In this document: piece after piece, positions 16,325-24,495 of the stretch | Layout: every line of letters begins with the position of its first letter | Position numbering within the stretch: position 1 is the stretch's first letter | Source: Pseudomonadota bacterium | GTDB lineage: Bacteria > Bdellovibrionota_G > JALEGL01 > DATDPG01 | DNA: 64,000 nt | NCBI GenBank assembly: GCA_043809315.1 | Contig: JAZDDX010000039.1 | Coordinates: 32,001 to 96,000, forward strand | Direction of reading: 5' to 3' | Notes under the pieces: model-generated | What the model saw: the letters and a program-made list of their open reading frames with translations, nothing else | Database searches by the model: none | Told to the model about the DNA's origin: nothing | Made by a program: the position numbers and the translations under genes

Positions 16325-17695
16325 ATGTTTAAGAAAATTGCGTTTCTGATCGCCGCTCTTTCCTTCCTCTCCTCGCCGGCCTTCGCGTCCGGATTCAAGG
16401 AGGGGACGGTCGAGATCGGCCCGTACGTCGGGTATGCGTTTCCCGACAGCTACGGCGGGATCGAGCCGAAGAACAATCTCTTGTACGGGGCCCGCGTCGG
16501 AATCTGGTTCACGCCGGAGATGAGCTTCGAATCGTCGTTCCAGATGTTGTTCACGAAAGCAAATCCGGGAGACGTCAGTTTCCGGATCTACTCCACCCGC
16601 TTCAACCTCCTCTTTAACTTCCTTCCGGAAGGCCCGTGGGTTCCGTTCCTGACAGGCGGCGTTGGATTGGAGCGCTCCCGGTACACGTCGATTTCGACCT
16701 CGAACGATCTCGGGATCAACGCGGGAGCGGGCCTCCGTTACCTTGCGTCCGAACGGATCGCGATCCGCCTCGACGGTCGCGTCATCTATTCCGACGTCGG
16801 AAGCGGCGTTGCGCTACGCCAGTACAATTACGAAGGGGCGCTTGGCGTCTCGTATCTCTTTGGAGTCGCACCTGCGAAGGATGGCGACGGCGACGGCGTT
16901 CCGGACAAACTCGATCAATGCGCCAACACCCTCAAGGGGGCCACGGTGGATGCCAAGGGTTGCCCGAGTGATGCGGACGGCGACGGCATCTTCGACGGAA
17001 TCGACAAATGTGCCGACACCGCGAAGGGGGCCAAAGTCGATGAGACCGGATGCCCGGTCGATGCGGACGGCGACGGCGTCGCCGACGGGATCGATCAGTG
17101 CCCCGACACGGCGAAGGGGGTCGCGGTCGATGAAAAAGGCTGCCCGATGGACAAGGACGGCGACGGCGTCGCCGACGCCCTCGACAAATGTCCGGAAACT
17201 CCCAAGGGGGTTGCGGTCGATGCGACCGGCTGTCCGGTCGACACGGACGGCGATGGCGTTGCCGATCATCTGGACAAATGTCCCGGCACTCCGGCGGGGC
17301 TGACCGTTGACGCCACCGGGTGTCCTGCCAAAGCCGGCAAGGCCCGCGGAATCCTGAAAGGGGTTACGTTCATGTTCAACAAAGCCGACCTGAAGCCGGC
17401 GTCGTTCAAAGTGCTCGACGAGACGGCAGCCGCGTTGAAGGAGGTTCCGGAGGTCCGGGTGGAGGTTCAGGGACACACCGACAACACCGGCCCGTCGGCT
17501 GCGAACTTAAGCCTCTCGGAGGCCCGGGCGAAAACGGTCATGAACTACCTCGTCTCGAAAGGGATCGACCCGAAACGCCTGCAGGCCAAGGGATACGGCG
17601 GAACGAAGCCGATCGCCGATAACGCGACGAAGGCCGACCGTGCCAAGAACCGGCGCGTGGAGCTGAACTGGCTCGACACGCCGAAGGCGCAGTAG
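16325..17695 (+). CDS. OmpA-family protein: N-terminal beta-barrel, TSP3-like repeats, C-terminal peptidoglycan-binding domain
   Basis: GGAGG RBS before MFKKIAF; VQGHTDNTG, LSEARAKTV, NRRVEL. Confidence 0.92.
   Translation: MFKKIAFLIAALSFLSSPAFASGFKEGTVEIGPYVGYAFPDSYGGIEPKNNLLYGARVGIWFTPEMSFESSFQMLFTKANPGDVSFRIYSTRFNLLFNFLPEGPWVPFLTGGVGLERSRYTSISTSNDLGINAGAGLRYLASERIAIRLDGRVIYSDVGSGVALRQYNYEGALGVSYLFGVAPAKDGDGDGVPDKLDQCANTLKGATVDAKGCPSDADGDGIFDGIDKCADTAKGAKVDETGCPVDADGDGVADGIDQCPDTAKGVAVDEKGCPMDKDGDGVADALDKCPETPKGVAVDATGCPVDTDGDGVADHLDKCPGTPAGLTVDATGCPAKAGKARGILKGVTFMFNKADLKPASFKVLDETAAALKEVPEVRVEVQGHTDNTGPSAANLSLSEARAKTVMNYLVSKGIDPKRLQAKGYGGTKPIADNATKADRAKNRRVELNWLDTPKAQ
16880..17329 (+). 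repeat. Five tandem 90-bp (30 aa) thrombospondin type-3-like repeats within ompA
   Basis: DxDGDGV/IxDxxDxCxxTxxGxxVDxxGCP repeated five times. Confidence 0.9.
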
Positions 17696-17701
17696 CCGCG
17701 G

Positions 17702-18391
17702 TTATTTCTTCTTGAACAGGCCTTTGAGGCCGGCCCCGACTTTGCCGGCCTCGTGGGAGACCGCTTTCCCGGCGCCGGCGATTCCGGCCGTGACTCCCCC
17801 CATCAAGCTGTCCAGGACGGCGCCAACCGCCTTGTCCGGGGCGACCCCTCCCTGCGCCCGACCGATGTTCGTCAAGTGAATGTCGGAAAGAGAAACGGTC
17901 TTCATCCCCCCCAGGATCTCGACGTTCGCTTTGGCATCCTTGATCCAGAGATCGTCGATGATCAGTTTTTTCGGTTTCGACGCTTTCTTCGACTCCGCGT
18001 CGGCAGGAACGAAGCTTTGAACGTTCTTCTGGATGACGTTCAGGTTGTTCCCCTCTTTCGTGATCTCCGCCCCCTCGATCGAGACGCTTCGAATCTGGAT
18101 CACATCGCTCGCAAGCGAGGTCGGGGAAACCCGGACACGAAAGTCCTTAAGCTTCACCGCCAGAGGCGCCTTGAAACCGGCCGGGTTCCCGATCTCGAAC
18201 CCCCGGATCCGGCATCGGCCGGTGATCGGGGAGAGGGTGACGGAGCTGACCGTCATCGTGGTCTTCGTAAGCATCGGGCCGACGTTCCGGATCCCCGCCG
18301 CGACGATCGACCCGAGGAACAGGTACGAAGAAAGCAAGAGGAGAAGAAGAACTCCGCCGATCGAGAATAAAGCGATTTTGATCCAACGCAT
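17702..18391 (-). CDS. AsmA/DUF748-like membrane-anchored protein
   Basis: GGAGGG RBS before MRWIKIAL; N-terminal TM helix; IGNPAGF and LSDIHLTNIG segments. Confidence 0.65.
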   Translation of the reverse strand: MRWIKIALFSIGGVLLLLLLSSYLFLGSIVAAGIRNVGPMLTKTTMTVSSVTLSPITGRCRIRGFEIGNPAGFKAPLAVKLKDFRVRVSPTSLASDVIQIRSVSIEGAEITKEGNNLNVIQKNVQSFVPADAESKKASKPKKLIIDDLWIKDAKANVEILGGMKTVSLSDIHLTNIGRAQGGVAPDKAVGAVLDSLMGGVTAGIAGAGKAVSHEAGKVGAGLKGLFKKK

Positions 18392-18404
18392 ATACCCTCC
18401 GGGC

Positions 18405-18433
18405 TTGACGATTGATGACAGCGGTTTTATACG
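18405..18433 (+). promoter_or_regulatory. Putative sigma70 promoter of fdxA
   Basis: TTGACG-17 nt-TATACG, ending 6 nt before the ATG. Confidence 0.5.
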
Positions 18434-18439
18434 ATCCGC

Positions 18440-18775
18440 ATGGCTTACGTTGTTGCTGATCCTTGTGTGAAATGCAAATACACCGATTGCGTCGAGGTCT
18501 GCCCCGTCAACTGCTTCTACGAGGGGATGAACACCCTCGTGATCCACCCCGACGAGTGCATCGACTGCGGAGCCTGCGAGCCGGTCTGCCCGACCCAGGC
18601 GATCTTCACCGCCGACGAGTGCCCGGACAAGTGGAAGGAGTACATCGCCCTCAACGCCGAGTACGCCAAGAAATGGCCGGTGATCTCGCTCAAGAAAGAG
18701 GCGATGGCGGACGCGGAAAAATGGAAGACGGTCGAGAACAAGCGGAAAGATTTCGACCCGAATCCGTTCAAGTAG
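18440..18775 (+). CDS. fdxA: FdxA-type (7Fe) ferredoxin
   Basis: [18 protein letters not shown] and [17 protein letters not shown]. Confidence 0.93.
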   Translation: MAYVVADPCVKCKYTDCVEVCPVNCFYEGMNTLVIHPDECIDCGACEPVCPTQAIFTADECPDKWKEYIALNAEYAKKWPVISLKKEAMADAEKWKTVENKRKDFDPNPFK

Positions 18776-18779
18776 ACCC

Positions 18780-19109
18780 GTGACCGGCGCTCCGGTCCGC
18801 CTCTCGATCAGAGTCGTCCCCCGCGCCTCGAAAAACGAGATCGTCGGGGTTCAGGATGGGGTCTGGAAAATCCGCCTCACGGCCCCCCCGGTCGATAATG
18901 CCGCGAACGAAGTCTTGGTAAAATTCCTGGCTCAGATTCTCGATCTCCCGAAACGGTCGGTCTCGATCGTCTCCGGAGACCGCGGCAGGAGCAAGGTTAT
19001 CGAAATATCAGGACGTTCCGAACTGGAGATTACGGAGAAATTCTCTTCGAGCTACCACGGACCTGGGCGATCCAAACGAACCGTCCTCGATCGCTCAAGA
19101 ACGCCGTGA
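18780..19109 (+). CDS. DUF167/YggU family protein
   Basis: IRVVPRAS...KIRLTAPPVDNAAN...G...RSK. Confidence 0.88.
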   Translation: MTGAPVRLSIRVVPRASKNEIVGVQDGVWKIRLTAPPVDNAANEVLVKFLAQILDLPKRSVSIVSGDRGRSKVIEISGRSELEITEKFSSSYHGPGRSKRTVLDRSRTP

Positions 19110-19425
19110 GCAACCAGCTCACGATGCTCACCAGAATCGACCCCCAGAGCGCGGCCCAGAATCCGTGAATGGCAAACCCTTGGACGAGATAGGAGGTCAG
19201 CAGCAGGCAGAACGCGTTGAGAGCGAACAAGAACAAGCCCAACGTGAGCATGGTGAGAGGAAAAGTCAAGAAGAGGAGGATCGGCCGCACGACCGCGTTG
19301 ACCAGGCCGAGAACCAATCCGGCCCCCAGCGCGGCGAAGACTCCGCTGATCTCGATGCCGGGTACGATCTTGCTGACAAAGAGAATCGCCGCGCCGTTCA
19401 GAAGGATGCGAACCACGAACCCCAT
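19030..19425 (-). CDS. YvlD-like 4-TM membrane protein (phage holin family annotation)
   Basis: LGLVNAVVRPIL...PLTMLTLGLF...NA motif. Confidence 0.85.
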   Translation of the reverse strand: MGFVVRILLNGAAILFVSKIVPGIEISGVFAALGAGLVLGLVNAVVRPILLFLTFPLTMLTLGLFLFALNAFCLLLTSYLVQGFAIHGFWAALWGSILVSIVSWLLTAFLSDRGRFVWIAQVRGSSKRISP

Positions 19426-19427
19426 AC

Positions 19428-19772
19428 CTAGCCGCGCCCCTCGAAGTGAAACCGGTGCAGAAGCCGGTGAACAAACGGCGCGACGAGAAGTGCGGCCGTC
19501 GTTAGAAAAACCACGCCGCTGAAGAGCGCATAGAACGAGGCGAAAAGCTTCGCGGTGACTCCTACCATCGGGGAGATCGGACCCATGCCGGTCAAGATCA
19601 TCGACGCATTCTCCAGGGAATCGATCCAGGGAAGGTCTCCCAGCCAGTGGTATCCGGCCATCCCGATCCCGAGCGATGCTGCGATCACGCCCGCGGCCAT
19701 TCCACCGTGGTGGAGGAGGCGCAGCGCAAACTTCCCCCGGTCGAGGACCGGGGCACGTCGGTGTTCGTACAT
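19428..19772 (-). CDS. Small 2-TM protein resembling an ion-channel pore domain
   Basis: GMAGYHWL...WIDSLENASMILTGMGP...KLFASFYALFSG. Confidence 0.7.
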   Translation of the reverse strand: MYEHRRAPVLDRGKFALRLLHHGGMAAGVIAASLGIGMAGYHWLGDLPWIDSLENASMILTGMGPISPMVGVTAKLFASFYALFSGVVFLTTAALLVAPFVHRLLHRFHFEGRG

Positions 19773-20127
19773 CAGCCGCGCTTCCCGCGAGTGGCCTTAC
19801 GCGCGGAACGCTCAGTGAGCCAGCTCTGGCATGAATCGCTGACTTTCTTCCCCGCTGCGTTTTCGAGATGGGTCTTCAGGCAGTCAATCTTGCGCCCGTG
19901 CCCCGCGACAACGTCGTTACAGAGGGTTTTCACGTCGGACTTGCAGGCGGCCCAGAACGATTCGGCCACCTGTTTCGCCTTCCGCCCTTCCGAAATACAC
20001 TCCTGCGACAGGTTGGCGCGGTTTTTCTTCAGATCCGAGCAGGGGCCCGGATCCCTTAAAGGTCGAGCGGAAGCCACGGGAAGCGCCCCGAGAAGCGAAA
20101 AACCGTTGCGGCAATCATCAATCTCAT
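19772..20127 (-). pseudogene. Secreted Cys-rich (GLG1-like repeat) protein with an apparent 1-nt deletion in the signal-peptide coding region
   Basis: AAGGAG RBS and ATG at 20127. Adding one T to the T5 run (20098-20102) gives MRLMIAATVFSLLGALPVASA fused to the ORF 19772-20077 (ACKSDVKTLC...GRKIDCL...SDSC). Confidence 0.6.
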
Positions 20128-20146
20128 CGTTTCTCCTTTTCTCCGA

Positions 20147-22342
20147 CTATCGGAAGAAAAGCATCTCGCGGTATTTCGGAAGCGTCCAAAGCTCGTCCGC
20201 CACGCACCCCTCCACCTCGTCGGAGATCTTTCGTACTTCCTGCATAGCCGAAACCACCGTTTCGCTCAACGCTTTGGCCCTTCTCCCCTCCCCGTCGATC
20301 TTCTCCGCCGCATGAAGACTCTTCTCGAGCGTCTCGCACCCGCTCTTCAGGCTCTCGTAGAGCCGAACGATCCCGGTCAGCCGGTTCTTGGCGACCCCCG
20401 CCTCCGGCACGTTCCGGACCACCCTACCGATCCTCTCCATCTCCCCTTCTGCTGCGGGAAAGACATGCGTCCGGACGAGGTCGAGCATCGTCGCCGCCTC
20501 CATCTCGATCTGTTTGATGTAGCGCTCGAGCATGATGACGTGCCGGGCGCCGATCTCCTCGGCGGAGAGAATCCCCAGCTTGGATACGAACTCCCACCGT
20601 TTGGCGTCCCCGAGGACCGCGAGTGCTGCCGGCGCCGACTGAAGGTTCGAAAGCCCTCTTCGCTCCGCCTCCTCCTTCCAATCGGACGAATAGTTGTTCC
20701 CCTCGAACCGGATCCGTTTCGTCTCGGTGATCACTTCCCGGATCAAGAAGAGAACCGCCTCGTCCCGGACCTTGGTTTGGGCCAGCTTCCTTTCCAGACG
20801 GTCGGCCAACTGGGAGAAGGAGTCCCCGGCCGCCGCGTTCAGGAACGAGATCGGTACGGCGATGTTGGCCGAGGCACCGACCGCCCGGAATTCGAACTTG
20901 TTCCCGGTGAAGGCGAACGGAGAGGTCCGGTTCCGGTCGGTGTTGTCCCGGGAGATCACCGGAAGCTTTGAAACCCCGAGGCTCAAGATCGCCTCCTCGG
21001 TGGGGTGCTCGACGACATCCCCGGTTTCAATCTTGTCGAGAATCCGGCTCAAGTTCTCCCCCAAGAAGACGCTGATGATCGCCGGTGGGGCCTCGTTCGC
21101 CCCGAGACGGTGGTCGTTTCCGGGGGTCGCGATCGACGCCCGAAGCAGATCCGCATGATCATGTACTGCTTTAAGAACACCCGTCAAAATAGCTAGAAAT
21201 CTTAGGTTTTGATGCGGAGTTTTTCCGGGCTCCAGAAGGTTCTCCCCACGCTGGGTCGCGAGACTCCAGTTGTTGTGTTTCCCGCTCCCGTTGATCCCGG
21301 CAAACGGCTTTTCGTGAAGCAGGCAAACCAGGTCGTGCCGCAGAGCGATCCGACACATCAGATCCATGGTAAGGGAATTGTGATCGGCGCTGACGTTCGA
21401 ATCCTCGAAGATCGGGGCCAGCTCGAACTGCGCCGGAGCGACCTCGTTATGCCGGGTTTTGACCGGTACGCCGAGCTTGTACAGCTCCTGTTCCAGCTCC
21501 TGCATGAAGGCGAGAACCCTCGACTGGATCGTGCCAAGATAATGATCCTCGAACTGCTGGCCGCGTGTCGGGGATCGCCCCAGAAGGGTCCGCCCGGTCA
21601 TCAGGAGATCGGGACGGGCGGCGAAGAACCCCCGGTCGATCAGGAAATACTCCTGCTCCGCTCCCAAGGTCGTGTGAACCGTCGTGATGTCGACGTCGCC
21701 CAGGAGCTTCACGAACCTCACCACCTGTTTCGAGAGCGCTTCGTTCGCTCGCAAAAGAGGGGTCTTCGTGTCGAGCGCCGCTCCGTGATAGCTCAAGAAG
21801 GCCGAAGGAATGCAGAGGGTGTTCCCGTTGACGGTCTCGATGATGAAGACCGGACTGGTCGGGTCCCAAGCTGTGTACCCGCGCGCCTCGAACGTCGAAC
21901 GCATTCCTCCGCTCGGGAAGGAGCTGGCGTCCGGCTCGGACTGGATCAGCGCCGCACCGTTGAACCGTTCGATCGCCGACGTCTGGCCGCTCTCCGAGGT
22001 CCGGGTCGTGATGAAGGCATCGTGTTTCTCGGCGGTGAGTCCCGTCATCGGCTGGAACCAGTGCGTAAAGTGGGTCGCCCCGTGGGCCATTGCCCACTCC
22101 TTGATCGCGTTCGCCACCTCGTCCCCGACATTCCGGGGGAGTCTCTCCCCTTTGTGGACCAGGTTCATGAGCGCCTCGTACGAGTCTTTCGAGAGCTTCT
22201 CCTTAATCTGGTCGAGACCGAAGGTGTTGCTTCCGAAGAATTCGCTCACGGGAAGGATCTTCCCGAGCGCATCGGTCGGGCGGTGGATTTCACGGGTGCG
22301 TCGGGTGATGGAGGCTTTGATCGCCTCCTGGCGAAGGAACAT
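20147..22342 (-). CDS. glnA: Glutamine synthetase type III
   Basis: HFTHWFQPMTGLTAEKHD, EPDASSFPSGG, GAEQEYF, HEKPFAGINGSGKHNNW, RNRTSPFAFTGNKFEFR. Confidence 0.95.
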   Translation of the reverse strand: MFLRQEAIKASITRRTREIHRPTDALGKILPVSEFFGSNTFGLDQIKEKLSKDSYEALMNLVHKGERLPRNVGDEVANAIKEWAMAHGATHFTHWFQPMTGLTAEKHDAFITTRTSESGQTSAIERFNGAALIQSEPDASSFPSGGMRSTFEARGYTAWDPTSPVFIIETVNGNTLCIPSAFLSYHGAALDTKTPLLRANEALSKQVVRFVKLLGDVDITTVHTTLGAEQEYFLIDRGFFAARPDLLMTGRTLLGRSPTRGQQFEDHYLGTIQSRVLAFMQELEQELYKLGVPVKTRHNEVAPAQFELAPIFEDSNVSADHNSLTMDLMCRIALRHDLVCLLHEKPFAGINGSGKHNNWSLATQRGENLLEPGKTPHQNLRFLAILTGVLKAVHDHADLLRASIATPGNDHRLGANEAPPAIISVFLGENLSRILDKIETGDVVEHPTEEAILSLGVSKLPVISRDNTDRNRTSPFAFTGNKFEFRAVGASANIAVPISFLNAAAGDSFSQLADRLERKLAQTKVRDEAVLFLIREVITETKRIRFEGNNYSSDWKEEAERRGLSNLQSAPAALAVLGDAKRWEFVSKLGILSAEEIGARHVIMLERYIKQIEMEAATMLDLVRTHVFPAAEGEMERIGRVVRNVPEAGVAKNRLTGIVRLYESLKSGCETLEKSLHAAEKIDGEGRRAKALSETVVSAMQEVRKISDEVEGCVADELWTLPKYREMLFFR

Positions 22343-22472
22343 GTCGTTCTCCTTTCGGCTTCAGGAAGTCGTTCGACCCACTGAAACCTGGATTCGGGTT
22401 TCGACTCGGAGAAGCGCACGCCTCTCCGAATCCAAAGAATTTGTAACCCGTATTTCGGAAGGTGGAAAGGGG

Positions 22473-23132
22473 TTACAGCTGATTTCCCGGAAGTCCAAGC
22501 TCCTCGGGGGTTCGCTTTGTCAGGAGCAGCTCGAAGTATCTCTCGATCACCATGGCCGGAAGATAGTAGACCCTGTACCCGTACGGATCGTGCGGAACAG
22601 GTTCGTCGCGAGGAGGATACCGGTCGGCGAAATCCCGGAACCAGCGCTCGAAACGGCCCAGTTCCCGCCGAACGATGGTCGGTTCGACCGTCAGATACCT
22701 TTTCTTCTGATCCGCCGTAGAACTCTCCCCCCAGTCCACCTTCTCCCCACTCGGACCGAAGGTGTCATCCACCCGAATTACCCCTGGGATTGTGACAGGG
22801 ATTGAATCCAGGCCCGCCCCATTTCCGGGAAGACGAAACCCTGCGATGACGCGTCCAAGTTCCGCCCTTTCGATTTCTTTCAGGCGGTCGATCGCCACCT
22901 GAATCTGTCTCCCCTGGATTCTCTTCCAGGAGAGAAACGCAGCGGACTTATTGCTCGGGTTGACGAAATAGACCAGGGGCTGATGATCTTCCTCCAACGT
23001 GAGATCGGCACGGAAGGCGTTTTCGGGGTTCGTTGCACCACTCCAAACCAATTCGATCGCCCCGCGCTCACTTCCGGCCCTTGCGACCGAGAAGCCAAGG
23101 AGGAGAAGAATCGTTGCGAGGATCCGTTTCAT
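22473..23132 (-). CDS. Hypothetical exported protein
   Basis: MKRILATILLLLGFSVARAG signal peptide; no recognised domain. Confidence 0.55.
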   Translation of the reverse strand: MKRILATILLLLGFSVARAGSERGAIELVWSGATNPENAFRADLTLEEDHQPLVYFVNPSNKSAAFLSWKRIQGRQIQVAIDRLKEIERAELGRVIAGFRLPGNGAGLDSIPVTIPGVIRVDDTFGPSGEKVDWGESSTADQKKRYLTVEPTIVRRELGRFERWFRDFADRYPPRDEPVPHDPYGYRVYYLPAMVIERYFELLLTKRTPEELGLPGNQL

Positions 23133-23342
23133 CGGGTCACAAGAAAACACCTAGTCGATTTCGAAGGAGGAAAAAAGAGAATCCCTGATCCCGGAGAGGT
23201 TCGCCGAAATTCTGCTCAGCTGGAGCGTTGCGCGTGTCGCATGGAGCGTCTTAGGCGACAGAAACAAGTAACAAAATCAGGAGATTGGGAATCGACCCGT
23301 GGTGGCATGCCCTTTGCGGTAGCCTGTTGGGTCAAAGGAGGA

Positions 23343-24158
23343 ATGAAAGTGACGCGACCCGAAATCCGATTTCTCAAACAGAGTCTCCCCCTGGTTTGTC
23401 TTCTTCTTTTCTTCTTTCCCGTTCGTTCGTACGCGCAGGAGGACCCGATGTTCTCAATGCCCGGGATGAAAGAGAAGGACCAGACCTCTCCGGCGATGAA
23501 CGGGGAGGAATCCCGGTCACGCGCCAAAGAAGTTCGGAAGACGAGATCGAATGACGATGAATCCGATCGGGAGACCTCCACGCCGACTACGAAACGAGGA
23601 GTTGTCTTTCGGACTCCGGACGGCTCCCCCGTGTTTCTCACCGCGGATTCGACGAGAAAATCGCGATTGGTCGCGACCATAAAACAGAAGAAACAGACCG
23701 TGTACTTCCTTGTGATCATGGCGGGTGACATCGAGGAAGAGAACGTGAGTTCAAATTCGGACGATGTGGACGACGTCAAGAAAAACATCGCCGTCGACTC
23801 CCGCTCCAAAGACCACTCGAATATCGATTACGGACATCTAACCCAGGAGGAGATCCTCGGTCACTGGTGGGTCGCCCCTTTGAGCAAGAATCACACGAGT
23901 TGCGGCCGGGAGTTCAGGGTCCTGAAGGATGGTTCCACCGAACTTCGAGAACCTGATGGGAAGGAATCGATGAAAGGAACCGATTCCAAATGCCCCTGGT
24001 ACGAGGGGGGGTATGGGTGGACGAATCGGACCGAGATCAACCCGGGTTCACCGAGCGAGGTGCACGCTTTGATGATCGACGGGGAGAAGGTGGAACTTCC
24101 GCCCATGGCGCTTCTTGAAGTACCGTACCCCGCTACCAAAGATATCGCCGAACGGTAA
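23343..24158 (+). CDS. Hypothetical exported protein
   Basis: AAGGAGG immediately upstream (start 23343 or GTG 23349); signal-like LVCLLLFFFPVRSYA; no recognised domain. Confidence 0.55.
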   Translation: MKVTRPEIRFLKQSLPLVCLLLFFFPVRSYAQEDPMFSMPGMKEKDQTSPAMNGEESRSRAKEVRKTRSNDDESDRETSTPTTKRGVVFRTPDGSPVFLTADSTRKSRLVATIKQKKQTVYFLVIMAGDIEEENVSSNSDDVDDVKKNIAVDSRSKDHSNIDYGHLTQEEILGHWWVAPLSKNHTSCGREFRVLKDGSTELREPDGKESMKGTDSKCPWYEGGYGWTNRTEINPGSPSEVHALMIDGEKVELPPMALLEVPYPATKDIAER

Positions 24159-24177
24159 CAATCGCCGAAGCAACTCT

Positions 24178-24495
24178 CTACTTCTGCGTCGGGGAGGTGG
24201 GAAACACCAGGAGCTTCGACTTGTCGCTCCGAAACTTGAGCCCCTTGTGCTGCTTCCCGACCTCCTGCACCGAGATGACCGTGTAGATCGAAAGATGGAG
24301 CGTCTTGACGTCGGCGAGCCGTTTCTCGAGCGCTTCCTGCTCCGGTGAGATGACGAGCGCGTCTTTGTCGAACAAGAAATCGGAGATCGCGATGAATCCC
24401 AAACCGAGACTCGAGTCGTGGATCCTCGCTGCCTTGAGCGAGAAGATCTTCCCCTCGGTCGGGTCGCGGTAGGTCAGGATGAAGTAGCTGCTCAC
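24178..24495 (-). CDS. DUF1820-like protein
   Basis: LGFIAISDFLF...EQEALEKRLADVKTLHLSIYTVISVQEV; overlaps the EF-G2 stop codon. Confidence 0.7.
   Translation of the reverse strand: MSSYFILTYRDPTEGKIFSLKAARIHDSSLGLGFIAISDFLFDKDALVISPEQEALEKRLADVKTLHLSIYTVISVQEVGKQHKGLKFRSDKSKLLVFPTSPTQK

Noticed and set aside
16880-17329. Regular 90-bp repeats as a CRISPR array
   Set aside because: In-frame, degenerate coding repeats (TSP3-like) inside ompA; no unique spacers or cas genes.
19030-19425. Holin-family gene as evidence of a prophage
   Set aside because: YvlD-like proteins are common chromosomal membrane proteins, and there are no phage genes nearby.
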